This document shows positions 50,101-59,055 of a stretch of 64,000 bases of DNA, in pieces. This stretch comes from a virus: positions 1 to 64,000 of the IMG/VR virus record IMGVR_UViG_3300015371_000003, one strand, 5' to 3'. How positions within the stretch are numbered: position 1 is the first letter of the stretch; each line of letters opens with the position of its first letter. A program made the position numbers and the translations under genes. The notes under the pieces are model-generated. The model worked only from the letters and a program-made list of their open reading frames with translations, did not search any database and was not told the DNA's origin.

Positions 50101-50276
50101 CCCTCATGAACTACGTGCCGGAGGATCGGGTGGATGAGATTGTGACGCGCCAACTGGACCAAATGGAATCGTTACCCTTTGAGAAAGTAGGTTGGCAACC
50201 TCAATTGACGTTTGTTGCGGATGCAAGAGTAGGAAAAAATTGGGGGGATATGACGAAATTCAAGAGGAAGAAATGA
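47085..50276 (+). CDS. polA: family A DNA polymerase (UDG-like N-terminal remnant, 3'-5' exonuclease, intein)
   Basis: DLETLG, NFKYD, YAGGD; TGRLS; DYGQGELR (A), KAGNFGLCFG (B), HDS (C). Confidence 0.93.
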   Translation: MLTIWTKGLPNKVLQAFSPVLRSVPHLPVHVVSDFTVPAGTKTILALGGDSLKQLQTEKVIAKNRTITAYRTLPQMRGGVPVLISYDSSIGEIDYGYHVDLLTDVTLAIRFCLTGNWKPAYGKYRYVPDFAELCTSIEQQHKATGKPVDVAKDLETLGLDPYALPSLNPLYPGAYIVTMQATHQAGTADVVRFSNREHETERLQDQTLREQIEFLLRCPYVRLKGANFKYDLHWLWKRGGFTCSTFCFDTTIVGSLLDENRSNSLDTHTKIYVPSLGGYADVFNATVDKSRMDQVPPDQLLPYAGGDVDADLQVAAAQKSELLRDKQLTSFYVNILHPAARAFEWVEQGGVLVDLPAFQELKADLEQEHQRLVKEACKIMGGRIVAKHGYMVDPGGFNLTKASMLCDFMFSPMGLNLKPQMYTAKPDKDGIKRPSTAMEHLEMFAEVPEAKAFVEIIREDSGVMKTYNTYVVGFLEHLRSDGRFHPTYYLFVGNRDDGEGGAKTGRLSCKAPAFQCCVGETEVVTNQGSRCIDWLVEQRGAGLHVLSHTGQWQPIVDVHRNGVQPVFRVSTVSGRAIDCTANHPLLTPVGWVRTDQLVVGDRCYVTRTPHATLHESDVLLVERDEESLLVEDIERLVQVWGAWDQSVPSVDDLRRLLEQHGREAGEGMVYRAERRKRELRTGQLLLGDIEGAGQQSSEYQMDYIREQDADRGAVGAGVRDFQRPVALPALDWPSDGASTDEDYPPDRSVFQEDCIVSIEPVGERETFDLTIEGSHSFIANGIAVHNTVPKHTKYAQRIRRCYPAPPGYVVVERDYGQGELRVIACVAHETGMLAVFKAGRDIHADTAAPFSGFTYEKLMALEATDPHTFEETRQLGKAGNFGLCFGMKEDGFVIYARVNYGVNLSWDEAHDFRNGFFKKYPQLLVYHEWAKSYARQHKFIRTPLGRLRHLPLIKSPNREVAAKAERQAINSPIQGCLTDMGLWTIALEQQSGLAEIAPCFGACHDSLMNYVPEDRVDEIVTRQLDQMESLPFEKVGWQPQLTFVADARVGKNWGDMTKFKRKK
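48630..49442 (+). mobile_element. intein (271 aa) in DNA polymerase
   Basis: AFQ|CCVGETEV...CTANHP...TFDLTIEGSHSFIANGIAVHN|TVP; splicing restores a PAFQTVP motif. Confidence 0.92.
48895..49368 (+). CDS. HNH homing endonuclease overprinted in the +1 frame inside the intein
   Basis: YYSW.AMKNRC...YGGRGIKVC..W..F..F...MG...SIER.D.NGNYEPGNC.WAT..EQ..NRR; GGGGGA 8 nt upstream. Confidence 0.88.
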   Translation: MSLGHRTQHYTSPTYYSWSAMKNRCLSKTSKDWSKYGGRGIKVCPQWMTFEGFLNNMGEKPGKGWSIERKDVNGNYEPGNCYWATLKEQGSNRRNTKWITFENKTQTEAQWAREYGISRGRLHYRLSIGLPMEQALMKTTRPTGVSSKKTASFLSNQ

Positions 50277-50662
50277 AGGGCATCCACAGCATGACCTTGG
50301 CAGAGCGAATCATAGCTAAGACTAAAGTGAACGAGAACGGGTGTCGGCTGTGGCAGGAGTCCTTACTGAAGGACGGCTATGCGCTGATTCGGTACAAAGG
50401 GAAAAAAATTACCGTGCATCGGGCGGCGTGGATGGCTTTCAAAGGTCCAATTCCAGACGGCATGTCGGTGTTGCATTCGTGTGATATTCGACATTGCACG
50501 GCTGAGGAGCATTTGTTTTTAGGAACCTATGCTGATAACTCGAAAGATGCTGTGACGAAAGGGAGACAAAAGAATTTATTTCCGAGTGGTGATCTGCATC
50601 CGAATAGGATTAAAAAACTCAAGAAATTGCAGCGGTTGACAAGACTGAGAGAGTTGGGTTAG
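50273..50662 (+). mobile_element. free-standing HNH endonuclease
   Basis: GC.LW...DGY...VHRAAW...GPIPDG..VLHSCD...C....HLFLGT..DN..D...KGR; lower GC; ATGA overlap with pol stop. Confidence 0.88.
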
Positions 50663-50688
50663 ACTAGGTTCCTGTCAATGGAGTGATG

Positions 50689-52707
50689 ATGAAGATACCT
50701 GACGGATTCCGGCCAGTTACGCTTGGTGGAATGCTCTCTCATTTTGAGAAGGCGTCTCCGCAATTGGGGCAAATGCTGGCGGACCATCTCAAGCGGCCTA
50801 TCGAAGATGCCTCTGCCACGATTACGCGGCTTGAGGCAATGGGGTTGGTGCAGTTTGCCATTTCCTCCTCCAATGAACCGTCCATCTTCGTCGCGGCTCC
50901 GGAGCGATTTGTGTCAGCGGAGGATCAAGCCTTCGCGGATGCTCTCGTGACGTTCTGGGATGTGACCGGCAAGTTTGACGACAGGGAGGGGCGGATATCC
51001 TCCATTGAAGCGGCGGGGGGTGAGACACGGATTCTGACACCTGACGGCCCGGTGTCCATTGCCCCTCGTGTGGCTCTGAAGCTGTGGAAGATGGGGCTGC
51101 TTACGGAGGACGCAACCGGACAACTGCGAGCCAAGTCGAAGGCACAGTTGTATGCCGCCACCGAAGAAGTGGGTATTTGCGATTTCTGTTCTGATCCGAA
51201 TCCCACGCACACGGTGCTCCTCCCGAGTTTCGAACTAGTACAGGGCCATCGGAGTGAAGGGGGCTGGCGAGCCTGCGAGACGTGCTACCAGATGGTTCAG
51301 CACGATCAACGCACGGATCTGTTGCGGCGGGCGATTGATTCTCAAGGCGGAGGTCGGTGGGTAGCGGCGTCGATCCAAGGGCTGCACAGGCGGTTCTGGA
51401 AGCAGATGGAACTGAAGGTGGAAGCCGCAGGGATTGGATCGGCCCTACTGACTTTCATTAAGGGGGACATCCAACCGGCCCAACCGTTCATTGATCCCAA
51501 AATGCAGCAACAGGAGGCCCGCAAGGAGGCCATCCGGCGCATGACGGGGTTGTCACAGGACGAAATGACGGCGCTTGAACGAGGCGACGTACTTCACAAG
51601 GAGATTGCTCAGAAGCTGGATACATGGCGGCGGCGGTGGTTGCCCGAGAAGGATGACGGCAATGAGGGCCAGCGAGCACAGGCCATTGCGGAGATGCTGA
51701 ATGCCGCAGGGCGTCCACTCCCCCCGAACCTGCAACCCCATTGGCAGATTGCCTTGGACCGCAAGGTGGAGGCGATGGGGCGGCTGGATAAGCTGGTCAA
51801 GGCGGATGGCGGAGTGTTGCAGTTGGGGCACGGGTTGCTCCATGACATGGAAGAAGACTTGTCGGTTCTGAAGCTGGCCGATGTCTATTCCTTCAACGCC
51901 GACACCATGCACGCGATTCAGGAGGGGGCCAAGACGATTTCCCATGAATCCACCTTGAAGTCGGTGGAGATTCCGACCGTGCGGGCGGGGTGGTTTTGGT
52001 TTGCGGATCCGTTCCCGGTAGCGTCGTCTCCGAATTCATCGGATAACACCCATGCCATGCTCTGGTCGTGGGGTAGGGATTTCAAGGTGCCGACGTTGCG
52101 ATTCTCGTGCTACGTGGTGACGGAGAAGGTGCCCTACAACAGCGACCTTCGCAATACCATCTACCCGTCTACTATCTGGTTGTGGCCGATGGATTTGAAT
52201 TTCCATGAGATGCTGGCGTTCAATCGGCAACTGTACAAGGATAGCTACGGGCCGGGAAGCCCGGATTCTCCCGGTAAGGAGGCCGCAGTCGGGGAGGAAC
52301 CGACGCTGTTGGTGGTGGCGGAGATGAGCCTGTTCTTCCTGATGGCCTGTCTCTGGTTCCGACAGACGGTGCCGGGGAATCCTAAGAAGAAGATCGAACC
52401 TAAGCTCACCCAGACACCCGGTCACATTGAACGGCATGCGCGGAAGCGGTATGAGAAGGCGTTCAAGACCACGCCCACCGTGCATGTGATTGCGCTCCGG
52501 AAGTCGGCGGTGGAGCGGGTGGAGTCGGGAGAGGGGACTGGTAGCAAGCTGAAGGTCCGGTTTGTGGTGCGAGGCCACGCGAAGCTGCAACCGTGTGGTC
52601 CGGGGAGAGCCGATAGAAAGTTGATTTGGATTGATCCGTTCGTCAAGGGGCCGGAGGATGCGCCGTTCAAGGAGTCGGGACCACGGGTATTCGCGGTGAT
52701 CAGATGA
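50689..52707 (+). CDS. large multidomain hypothetical protein
   Basis: CDFC...WRACETC Zn motif; C-terminal VRGH...GPG...RKLIWIDPF.KG. Confidence 0.7.
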   Translation: MKIPDGFRPVTLGGMLSHFEKASPQLGQMLADHLKRPIEDASATITRLEAMGLVQFAISSSNEPSIFVAAPERFVSAEDQAFADALVTFWDVTGKFDDREGRISSIEAAGGETRILTPDGPVSIAPRVALKLWKMGLLTEDATGQLRAKSKAQLYAATEEVGICDFCSDPNPTHTVLLPSFELVQGHRSEGGWRACETCYQMVQHDQRTDLLRRAIDSQGGGRWVAASIQGLHRRFWKQMELKVEAAGIGSALLTFIKGDIQPAQPFIDPKMQQQEARKEAIRRMTGLSQDEMTALERGDVLHKEIAQKLDTWRRRWLPEKDDGNEGQRAQAIAEMLNAAGRPLPPNLQPHWQIALDRKVEAMGRLDKLVKADGGVLQLGHGLLHDMEEDLSVLKLADVYSFNADTMHAIQEGAKTISHESTLKSVEIPTVRAGWFWFADPFPVASSPNSSDNTHAMLWSWGRDFKVPTLRFSCYVVTEKVPYNSDLRNTIYPSTIWLWPMDLNFHEMLAFNRQLYKDSYGPGSPDSPGKEAAVGEEPTLLVVAEMSLFFLMACLWFRQTVPGNPKKKIEPKLTQTPGHIERHARKRYEKAFKTTPTVHVIALRKSAVERVESGEGTGSKLKVRFVVRGHAKLQPCGPGRADRKLIWIDPFVKGPEDAPFKESGPRVFAVIR

Positions 52708-53462
52708 TGCTTGTGCTCGAAGTGGCAGCAGGCGTATTTCTGGCGTTACTGGCGTGGCGCATACGCCTCTTGTTACTGGTCTTCGTTATGACGGCAGCAG
52801 GGTTGACTTGCTTGGGAGCAACTTTTTGGGCAGTGTTCTTGGCTGAGGGTCAGTGGACCGGATACGCTAAATTGGGGTGGTGGGTGATTTTTTGTGTAGG
52901 GATGTGGTTGATCGGTCCATTCGCGTCGTGCATAGGGGCATGGTGTTATGGGGGATCCCCCCTCAGTGAGTTATATAACGAGAGTAAGTGGGGAGATTGA
53001 TATGATTGCTCAGGAGTATCTGAAAACGTTCCCGCTGGCGTGTACGTTCTATCCCCATCTGAACGACGCGGCTCCCTGCGGGCAACCAGCCGTGGCGATC
53101 TACGTCACGGATGATGAGCGGCGGCGAGCCTGTTTCGTCTGCCGGTCGTGCGCGGAGAAGGCGGAGCAGGATGGAGACGGCCCGGTGTTCTGGATGAAGG
53201 AGCGGCCAGCGGAGGCGGAAGCCGGGGACGGGATGGACATGCGGTTGTTCTTGGGAGAGGGGTAGGTATGACACACTACGTGGATTACGATGTGCAAGTG
53301 CCACGTAAAACGATTGTGCAAGCCCTCTGCGGGGAATACGTCAGACGGGATGAAGGTGTGGGTGCTCCAACCTGTCCGAAGTGCCAACGGTTGCTGAAGA
53401 TCCGCGAAGACGAGGATGCGGAAACAGCCCGGAAGTTGGGAGTGATCGATGACCACTCGTGA
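52704..53462 (+). other. small hypothetical genes (52704-53000 membrane, 53002-53265, 53268-53462)
   Basis: RBS/coupled starts; Cys motifs. Confidence 0.5.
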
Positions 53463-53859
53463 AATTGTCATCATGGTGATCGGCTTTTTCATCGGGTATT
53501 TTATCGGGTGGCGGTTTCTGCGGATCATTCGGTAGGAGGCGGCGAATGGGGTGGCGCATTCGGAGCATGACCAAACGCGATTTCCACGGACGCTCCAAGT
53601 ACTGGTCCTTCAGCGTAGGCTGGACGTGGTTGGAACATGCGGACGTGTTCACGAACTATGATCGGGAGCACATGCTGTTGCCGCCCGATGGCGTGTGGGA
53701 GGAAGTGCAGGACTACTAGTTTATCAAGAGGCCACTGATGATAGTGGCCTATCTTTTTTCTCAGACCCACCCCCCAACTCTCCGTTGCAATTGAGTGCAG
53801 CAGTCCCGTATACTGGTGTCCGTCTGAACTACAACCGATTGATTTGACAAGAGGGCCGT

Positions 53860-55854
53860 ATGCTCAAGTTGACGGACGGCACGCCCCCCAAAGACACTCC
53901 TGAATCCAAGATTACCTTCATCCAGAAGGTGATCAAGGGTGAAACGTGGATGGTGATGGCGCACTCCGCCGTCGAATTAGAGGATGAGTTTTCCAGCCTC
54001 TATTACACGGCAGGGCAGCAGAACAACCTGTTCCTGATGCCCCCGTTCGAACCCAACGTCCTCCTGAACCTCGTCCAGACCAACAACATCCTCAACCAGT
54101 GCATCGAAGCGATGGAAGTGAACATCGATGGCACCGGGCATGAGTTTATTCCGGCGAAGGATAAAGCCTCCGACAAGTCCGCAGGAAAGCCGGGAGCCGA
54201 GGACAACGCTCCGGCACAGTCAGGCATTCCTCCGCCGACATCTTTTGGCAGCATCCGCAAACAGGATGCGACGGCGGATGACATCGATGAGGAGGAGAAG
54301 AAAGTAGCGGAGGGATTCTTCAAAGAACCCTATCCGAACACCTCGTTTGTGTCGATACGCCGGAGAATGCGGCGGCAGATGGAATCGGTGGGCTATGCGT
54401 TCCTCGAAGTACTCCGCAATGTGGCCGGGGACGTAGTAGCTATCCGGAACATTGAAACGCAGCATGTTCGCATGGTGAAGCTGGATGCCCCCATTCAGGT
54501 GAAGAAGAAGATTGAGCGGGACGGGAAAGTCGTGGAACTGGTGCTCTGGGAGCGGGAGCGACGATTTGCACAGACGGTGGCCCTGAAGCAGCAGGTGTAC
54601 TACCGGGAGTATGGGTCCACCCGTGAAATCAACCGGGAAACGGGGGATTGGGAGACGGACACCGAGAAGGTACCGCCGGAGAAGCGGGGATCAGAACTGC
54701 TGATGTTTGGGATCAATCCGGACGTGACCACCCCGTACTTCCTCCCCCGGTGGATCAACGAGTTACCCTCCGTCATCGGTTCCCGAGCGGCGGAGGAACA
54801 GAACCTGCAATTTCTGGATGCGGGTGGTCTGCCTCCGGCCATCGTATTTATCCAAGGCGGCACACTCATCAAGGACACCTCCGACCAACTCCGCATGTAT
54901 TTGTCTGGCCTGAACAAGAACAAGAACCGGGCGGTGGTCGTGGAGGTGCAATCCTCCAGTGGATCACTGGATGCGGCGGGCAAGGTGGATGTGAAAGTCG
55001 AGCGATTCGGTTCTGCCCAATCCCAAGACGCGATGTTCACCAACTACGATGAATCCACCGAGGAGCACGTGCGGATCGGCTTCCGGTTGCCCAAGATTTT
55101 TCTGGGGCGGGAGGAATCCTACAACTTTGCGACGGCACAAGTGGCCTACATGATTGCGGAGGCCCAAGTCTTTGGTCCGGAGCGGGAGGAGTTTGACAAG
55201 ATCATCAACAAGACGATCATCAAGGAACTGAAGCTCAAGACACTGGAATTCAAGTCCAAGCCCATTACCTTGAAGGATGTCACGTCGATTCTGACGGCTC
55301 TGGAATTGTCGGCACCGATGGCAACGCGGGAATCCTTCCTGAAGGAAGTGAATACGTCGGTGGGCACGTCGTTGGAACTGGCGGAAGTCCCGGCCCCGAA
55401 TGTGGCCCCCGGTCAAACGCCGTTGCCGAATACGCGGACCATCGATGAGATGCACCACGGTGAACTGCCCGCGTCTACCCAAACTCCGCAGATGACGGCT
55501 CCGCAACAGGAACCCAAGCCCGAGCCACCACCGAAGGAGACACACGTCATCCTGAAACCGGGGGATGAGATGCACCCAGTGCCCGCCAAGGATGAGACGA
55601 TTCGGGCTAAGCCGAAGGAGAAGAAGGCGGCGAGTGACATCCTGACGCTAGCGCAGGATTACGCCATCTATCAGGGGTTGATGCCCCAACTGGCGATCAA
55701 GCAGGAGTTGACCAAAGAGCGAGCGGATGCTATCAACGAGGAGCTAGACACGCTCCACCCGGATGATGTGCGTGTGTTCAACAGCCTGCTGGCGATGATG
55801 GTGTTTGGATCGGATGACGCGGATCTGTCCTCCGTGATTGCCGCCACCCGGTAA
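53860..55854 (+). CDS. portal protein
   Basis: GYAFLEVLRN..G, Y.LPRW, N..FL..GG.P, F..Y......VR.GFRLP.IFLG...YN.ATA. Confidence 0.85.
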   Translation: MLKLTDGTPPKDTPESKITFIQKVIKGETWMVMAHSAVELEDEFSSLYYTAGQQNNLFLMPPFEPNVLLNLVQTNNILNQCIEAMEVNIDGTGHEFIPAKDKASDKSAGKPGAEDNAPAQSGIPPPTSFGSIRKQDATADDIDEEEKKVAEGFFKEPYPNTSFVSIRRRMRRQMESVGYAFLEVLRNVAGDVVAIRNIETQHVRMVKLDAPIQVKKKIERDGKVVELVLWERERRFAQTVALKQQVYYREYGSTREINRETGDWETDTEKVPPEKRGSELLMFGINPDVTTPYFLPRWINELPSVIGSRAAEEQNLQFLDAGGLPPAIVFIQGGTLIKDTSDQLRMYLSGLNKNKNRAVVVEVQSSSGSLDAAGKVDVKVERFGSAQSQDAMFTNYDESTEEHVRIGFRLPKIFLGREESYNFATAQVAYMIAEAQVFGPEREEFDKIINKTIIKELKLKTLEFKSKPITLKDVTSILTALELSAPMATRESFLKEVNTSVGTSLELAEVPAPNVAPGQTPLPNTRTIDEMHHGELPASTQTPQMTAPQQEPKPEPPPKETHVILKPGDEMHPVPAKDETIRAKPKEKKAASDILTLAQDYAIYQGLMPQLAIKQELTKERADAINEELDTLHPDDVRVFNSLLAMMVFGSDDADLSSVIAATR

Positions 55855-55855
55855 G

Positions 55856-57373
55856 ATGCCGACGCTCGATCTGCGGACGTATGTGCTGTTGGAGCGGGCC
55901 TTTGTCCGGAGGCTCCAACGGTCATGGCGGCAGCAGTCGGCTCCGCTGTACGCGAAGATTGCCCAAGCCTGCAACGACCACAAATGGGATGAAGCCCGCC
56001 GTCTTGTCACCGATCTGGACATGACGGAGGTCGGCACCGAGAACCGCGAGTGGATCACGTACATGCTCCGGTCGTGTGCCGTCTTCGGAGCCGGTACCGT
56101 CTCCAAGAAGAAACCGAGTTTCGTGGGCGTGGGCAGCTTCGATACCTTCCTGAAGCAGACCACGAACAATTTCCTGCAATACCTCGAATTGACCGCCACC
56201 GCTCAGATCCAAGCGGAAGCGTTGCAATCAATTGCCGAAGATGAGGCTAAGACCAAAGCCGCGATGTTGAAGGCGGCATGGGATGAATCCCAACACCCCC
56301 GTGACAAGGAAGGACAGTTCACGGAGGCCGGGGCCGGAACGGAGGCCAAGTCGGGGGATCCCGAAGGCAGTGGCCCCGCCCGTGTGGAATGGAACAAGCG
56401 CAACAAGGCGGTGATGGAAGCGACTGATGTCTATATTGACACCAGAGAAGCCCATCGAGCTTTAGTGGAGCGATTGAACGCTGAATATCAGGCGGAAACC
56501 CCGATGGGGTATCCAGAGGCCGGGTATGCGGCGTACAAGAAATCCCAAGCCACATTGGAGCAGGCCAACCAAGCGTTGGCACAGGCCGAAACTGCGCTGA
56601 AGCAACAAGAACCGCTGATGCGGAAGGAAATCGTCCAGAATCTGGCGACAGACGTAGCCAGTGATTTGGGCGTTGATCCACGTTTGATTGACGTGGTGGA
56701 CGAAGCTCCGCATCCGTTTACGGTTGGAGATAAGCAATTTACCGAGGCGGGGCACTACGATCCGACTACCAAACGCATTCAGTTGAATTCCAACAATATC
56801 TCGTATGCGAATGCCCCCGGAGTCAAGGGGGTGGTAGCCCATGAAATTTCTCATGCGATCTATCACCAGTTGAAGATTGCGGCGGAGGAGGAATTTCAAC
56901 GGTATCTCGTCAAAGCTACGACCGAGGATGCCTATACCCCGTGGTTTCATGAGCGGTTTACCACCGATCCCCATAAAATTGGCCGTCAGGTGAAGCCCGA
57001 GTACGCCAAGGAAATGGCCGAGGAATTTCCGGCGTCTACCGTGCTGGCCCGGTTGAGTGGGGGAGATATTTTCTCCGGTATCACTGATGAGATGATTGCT
57101 GAAAATGGGCATAGTCGGTATGCCAAATCGTACTGGGCCGCTGAAGCCGAGAAACGGATAGGGCTGCGGAATTACCGTAACGCCATCAATGAAACGATAG
57201 CCGAGATTACGCGGTGGTTGGCCTACCCCCGGTCATGGGAGGAGGAGAAGCCACCGGATCTGGATTCTCCGTGGGTCAAGTTGACAGAATCCATGTTGGG
57301 ATGGCATCAACGACAGCAAGCTGAACAGGCGAGGCAGTTTGCCGCGTCTTTGGCGTCGGGGTTCCGAGCATGA
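55856..57373 (+). CDS. post-portal head-associated protein (MuF-position) with tag and zincin metallopeptidase domain
   Basis: WDESQHPRDKEGQF; GHYDP...VAHEISHAIY...NETIAE. Confidence 0.65.
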   Translation: MPTLDLRTYVLLERAFVRRLQRSWRQQSAPLYAKIAQACNDHKWDEARRLVTDLDMTEVGTENREWITYMLRSCAVFGAGTVSKKKPSFVGVGSFDTFLKQTTNNFLQYLELTATAQIQAEALQSIAEDEAKTKAAMLKAAWDESQHPRDKEGQFTEAGAGTEAKSGDPEGSGPARVEWNKRNKAVMEATDVYIDTREAHRALVERLNAEYQAETPMGYPEAGYAAYKKSQATLEQANQALAQAETALKQQEPLMRKEIVQNLATDVASDLGVDPRLIDVVDEAPHPFTVGDKQFTEAGHYDPTTKRIQLNSNNISYANAPGVKGVVAHEISHAIYHQLKIAAEEEFQRYLVKATTEDAYTPWFHERFTTDPHKIGRQVKPEYAKEMAEEFPASTVLARLSGGDIFSGITDEMIAENGHSRYAKSYWAAEAEKRIGLRNYRNAINETIAEITRWLAYPRSWEEEKPPDLDSPWVKLTESMLGWHQRQQAEQARQFAASLASGFRA

Positions 57374-59055
57374 TCCTGCCTGAACCTATCACCCTCAACG
57401 GTCGGACGGGTACCGTCGCCTATCTGGACGCGCAGTGGCATCCAGTCCCGGCGGATCAGGCGACGATGGCGCGAGTCCTGTTCGATGATGGGGGGACTGG
57501 TTTCTTTCAGGTGCAACCGATTGCCAAATCCACTGAAGATGCGGTAAAATGGGATGAGTCCAAACACCCCCGCGATAAAGAGGGGCAATTTACCGAAGGA
57601 GTCGGAGATGGACGAAGTGGTAAGACAACCCCGGAATCTGACAGAGGAGCAGGAGGCAGCGGAGGAGTTGGCGTATCGACGCCCCCCAAAGGGGTGGAAG
57701 CCGCAGGTCAAAAACGCCCCCCCGCCGTCCCCGAAGTCCAAGCCGTAGCGCGGGCGTATAACGCGCAGCACGGACTGCCCCCGGTCGAGCACGGCTATGC
57801 GACGGTGAATGAGGCCCGAGCAGGGGCCATTGCCGATGCCTATGACGCGCTTCCGGTGGATGATACGGATAATCCAGCGGTGCGGGAGGCGTATGCGGCC
57901 CTGAGTCGAGAGATTCAGGAGCAGTGGGATTTCATCACCTCTCACGGGGTGACGTTCGAACCGTGGACTGGAGAGGGACAGCCGTATCAGAATTCGCCGG
58001 AGATGGTGGCGGACATTCAGAAGAACCACCACCTGTATTTCTTCACGGGTGGGGAGCCGCATCCGTTGTTGGGGGCGATTGATCCGGCGACGGGGCTGTC
58101 CATGAACGACAAACTGCGAGCAGTCCATGACTACTTTGGGCATGCCGCAGGCGGCTATGGATTCGGAGCGAGAGGCGAGGAGAATGCGTGGCGGGCGCAT
58201 TCCCAGATGTTCAGCGCCCAAGCGAGACGGGCGATGACGACGGAGACACGCGGGCAGAATTCGTGGGTGAATTTCGGGCGACAGAACTACACGCCTGAGG
58301 GCATCTACAAGAATATTCCCGCCGCCGAGCGTCCGTATGCGGTGCAGAAGGTGGCGATTCTCCCCGATGTGTACGTGGTCTTGGAGCATGGTGGAGTCCT
58401 GAAATGGGAGGAGTCACAGCATCCACGGGTGCCGGGAGGGGAGCATGGCGGAGAGTTTACGCGAGTCGCCATTACGAGTCAGCGACCGGCGGATGACCCC
58501 GGCCATCAGACCAATCGGGAAGTGTTTGAGCACATGCGCGTGTTTGCAGGCCGATTGGCAGCCATCCCCGGCGTGACCAACGTGTCGGTGAAGCCCGGAG
58601 TCGGGGGGTGGGACGGCGGAGCCGAATCGATGTGGCAAGTGTTCTATCGGGGGAATGGTGAAGCTACGCGGTTGGTGGCGATGACGGCCAAGCACTTCAA
58701 TCAGGATGCGGTGTTGATCCTTAAGAAGTGTCAGGGTGGAGCGGATTGTCAGCCCGCTACGGAATTGCATTTCTCCAAGGGGATTGGCGGGAAGGTTCGT
58801 GTGGGCGTCGAGAAAGTACTGGTTGAGCATAAGATTAAGGGCTGGACGTGGATGAAGCGCGACGGACGGACCATTCTTCGAATGGTGGCGATTCCCGAAG
58901 AAGGGGATGATCCGGTCACGCATCAGCAGACGACAGCGGTGATTAGTCAGCAGTTGCGGGATAAGGGCTTGATGAACAAACGGCACGTGCAAAAGGTGGC
59001 CGTGAGTATGATGCGGCGTGAAGGACCAAACAGTTATGACCGAATCCTTGGATAA
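57370..59055 (+). CDS. polyvalent protein with two tags
   Basis: KWDESKHPRDKEGQF; NDKLRAVHDYFGH...RGEENAW...TETRGQNSW domain; KWEESQHPR; second unknown domain. Confidence 0.65.
   Translation: MILPEPITLNGRTGTVAYLDAQWHPVPADQATMARVLFDDGGTGFFQVQPIAKSTEDAVKWDESKHPRDKEGQFTEGVGDGRSGKTTPESDRGAGGSGGVGVSTPPKGVEAAGQKRPPAVPEVQAVARAYNAQHGLPPVEHGYATVNEARAGAIADAYDALPVDDTDNPAVREAYAALSREIQEQWDFITSHGVTFEPWTGEGQPYQNSPEMVADIQKNHHLYFFTGGEPHPLLGAIDPATGLSMNDKLRAVHDYFGHAAGGYGFGARGEENAWRAHSQMFSAQARRAMTTETRGQNSWVNFGRQNYTPEGIYKNIPAAERPYAVQKVAILPDVYVVLEHGGVLKWEESQHPRVPGGEHGGEFTRVAITSQRPADDPGHQTNREVFEHMRVFAGRLAAIPGVTNVSVKPGVGGWDGGAESMWQVFYRGNGEATRLVAMTAKHFNQDAVLILKKCQGGADCQPATELHFSKGIGGKVRVGVEKVLVEHKIKGWTWMKRDGRTILRMVAIPEEGDDPVTHQQTTAVISQQLRDKGLMNKRHVQKVAVSMMRREGPNSYDRILG

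Noticed and set aside
53843-53870. TTGACA just before the portal as a promoter
   Set aside because: No matching -10 box at 17-18 nt; that position falls inside the coding start.
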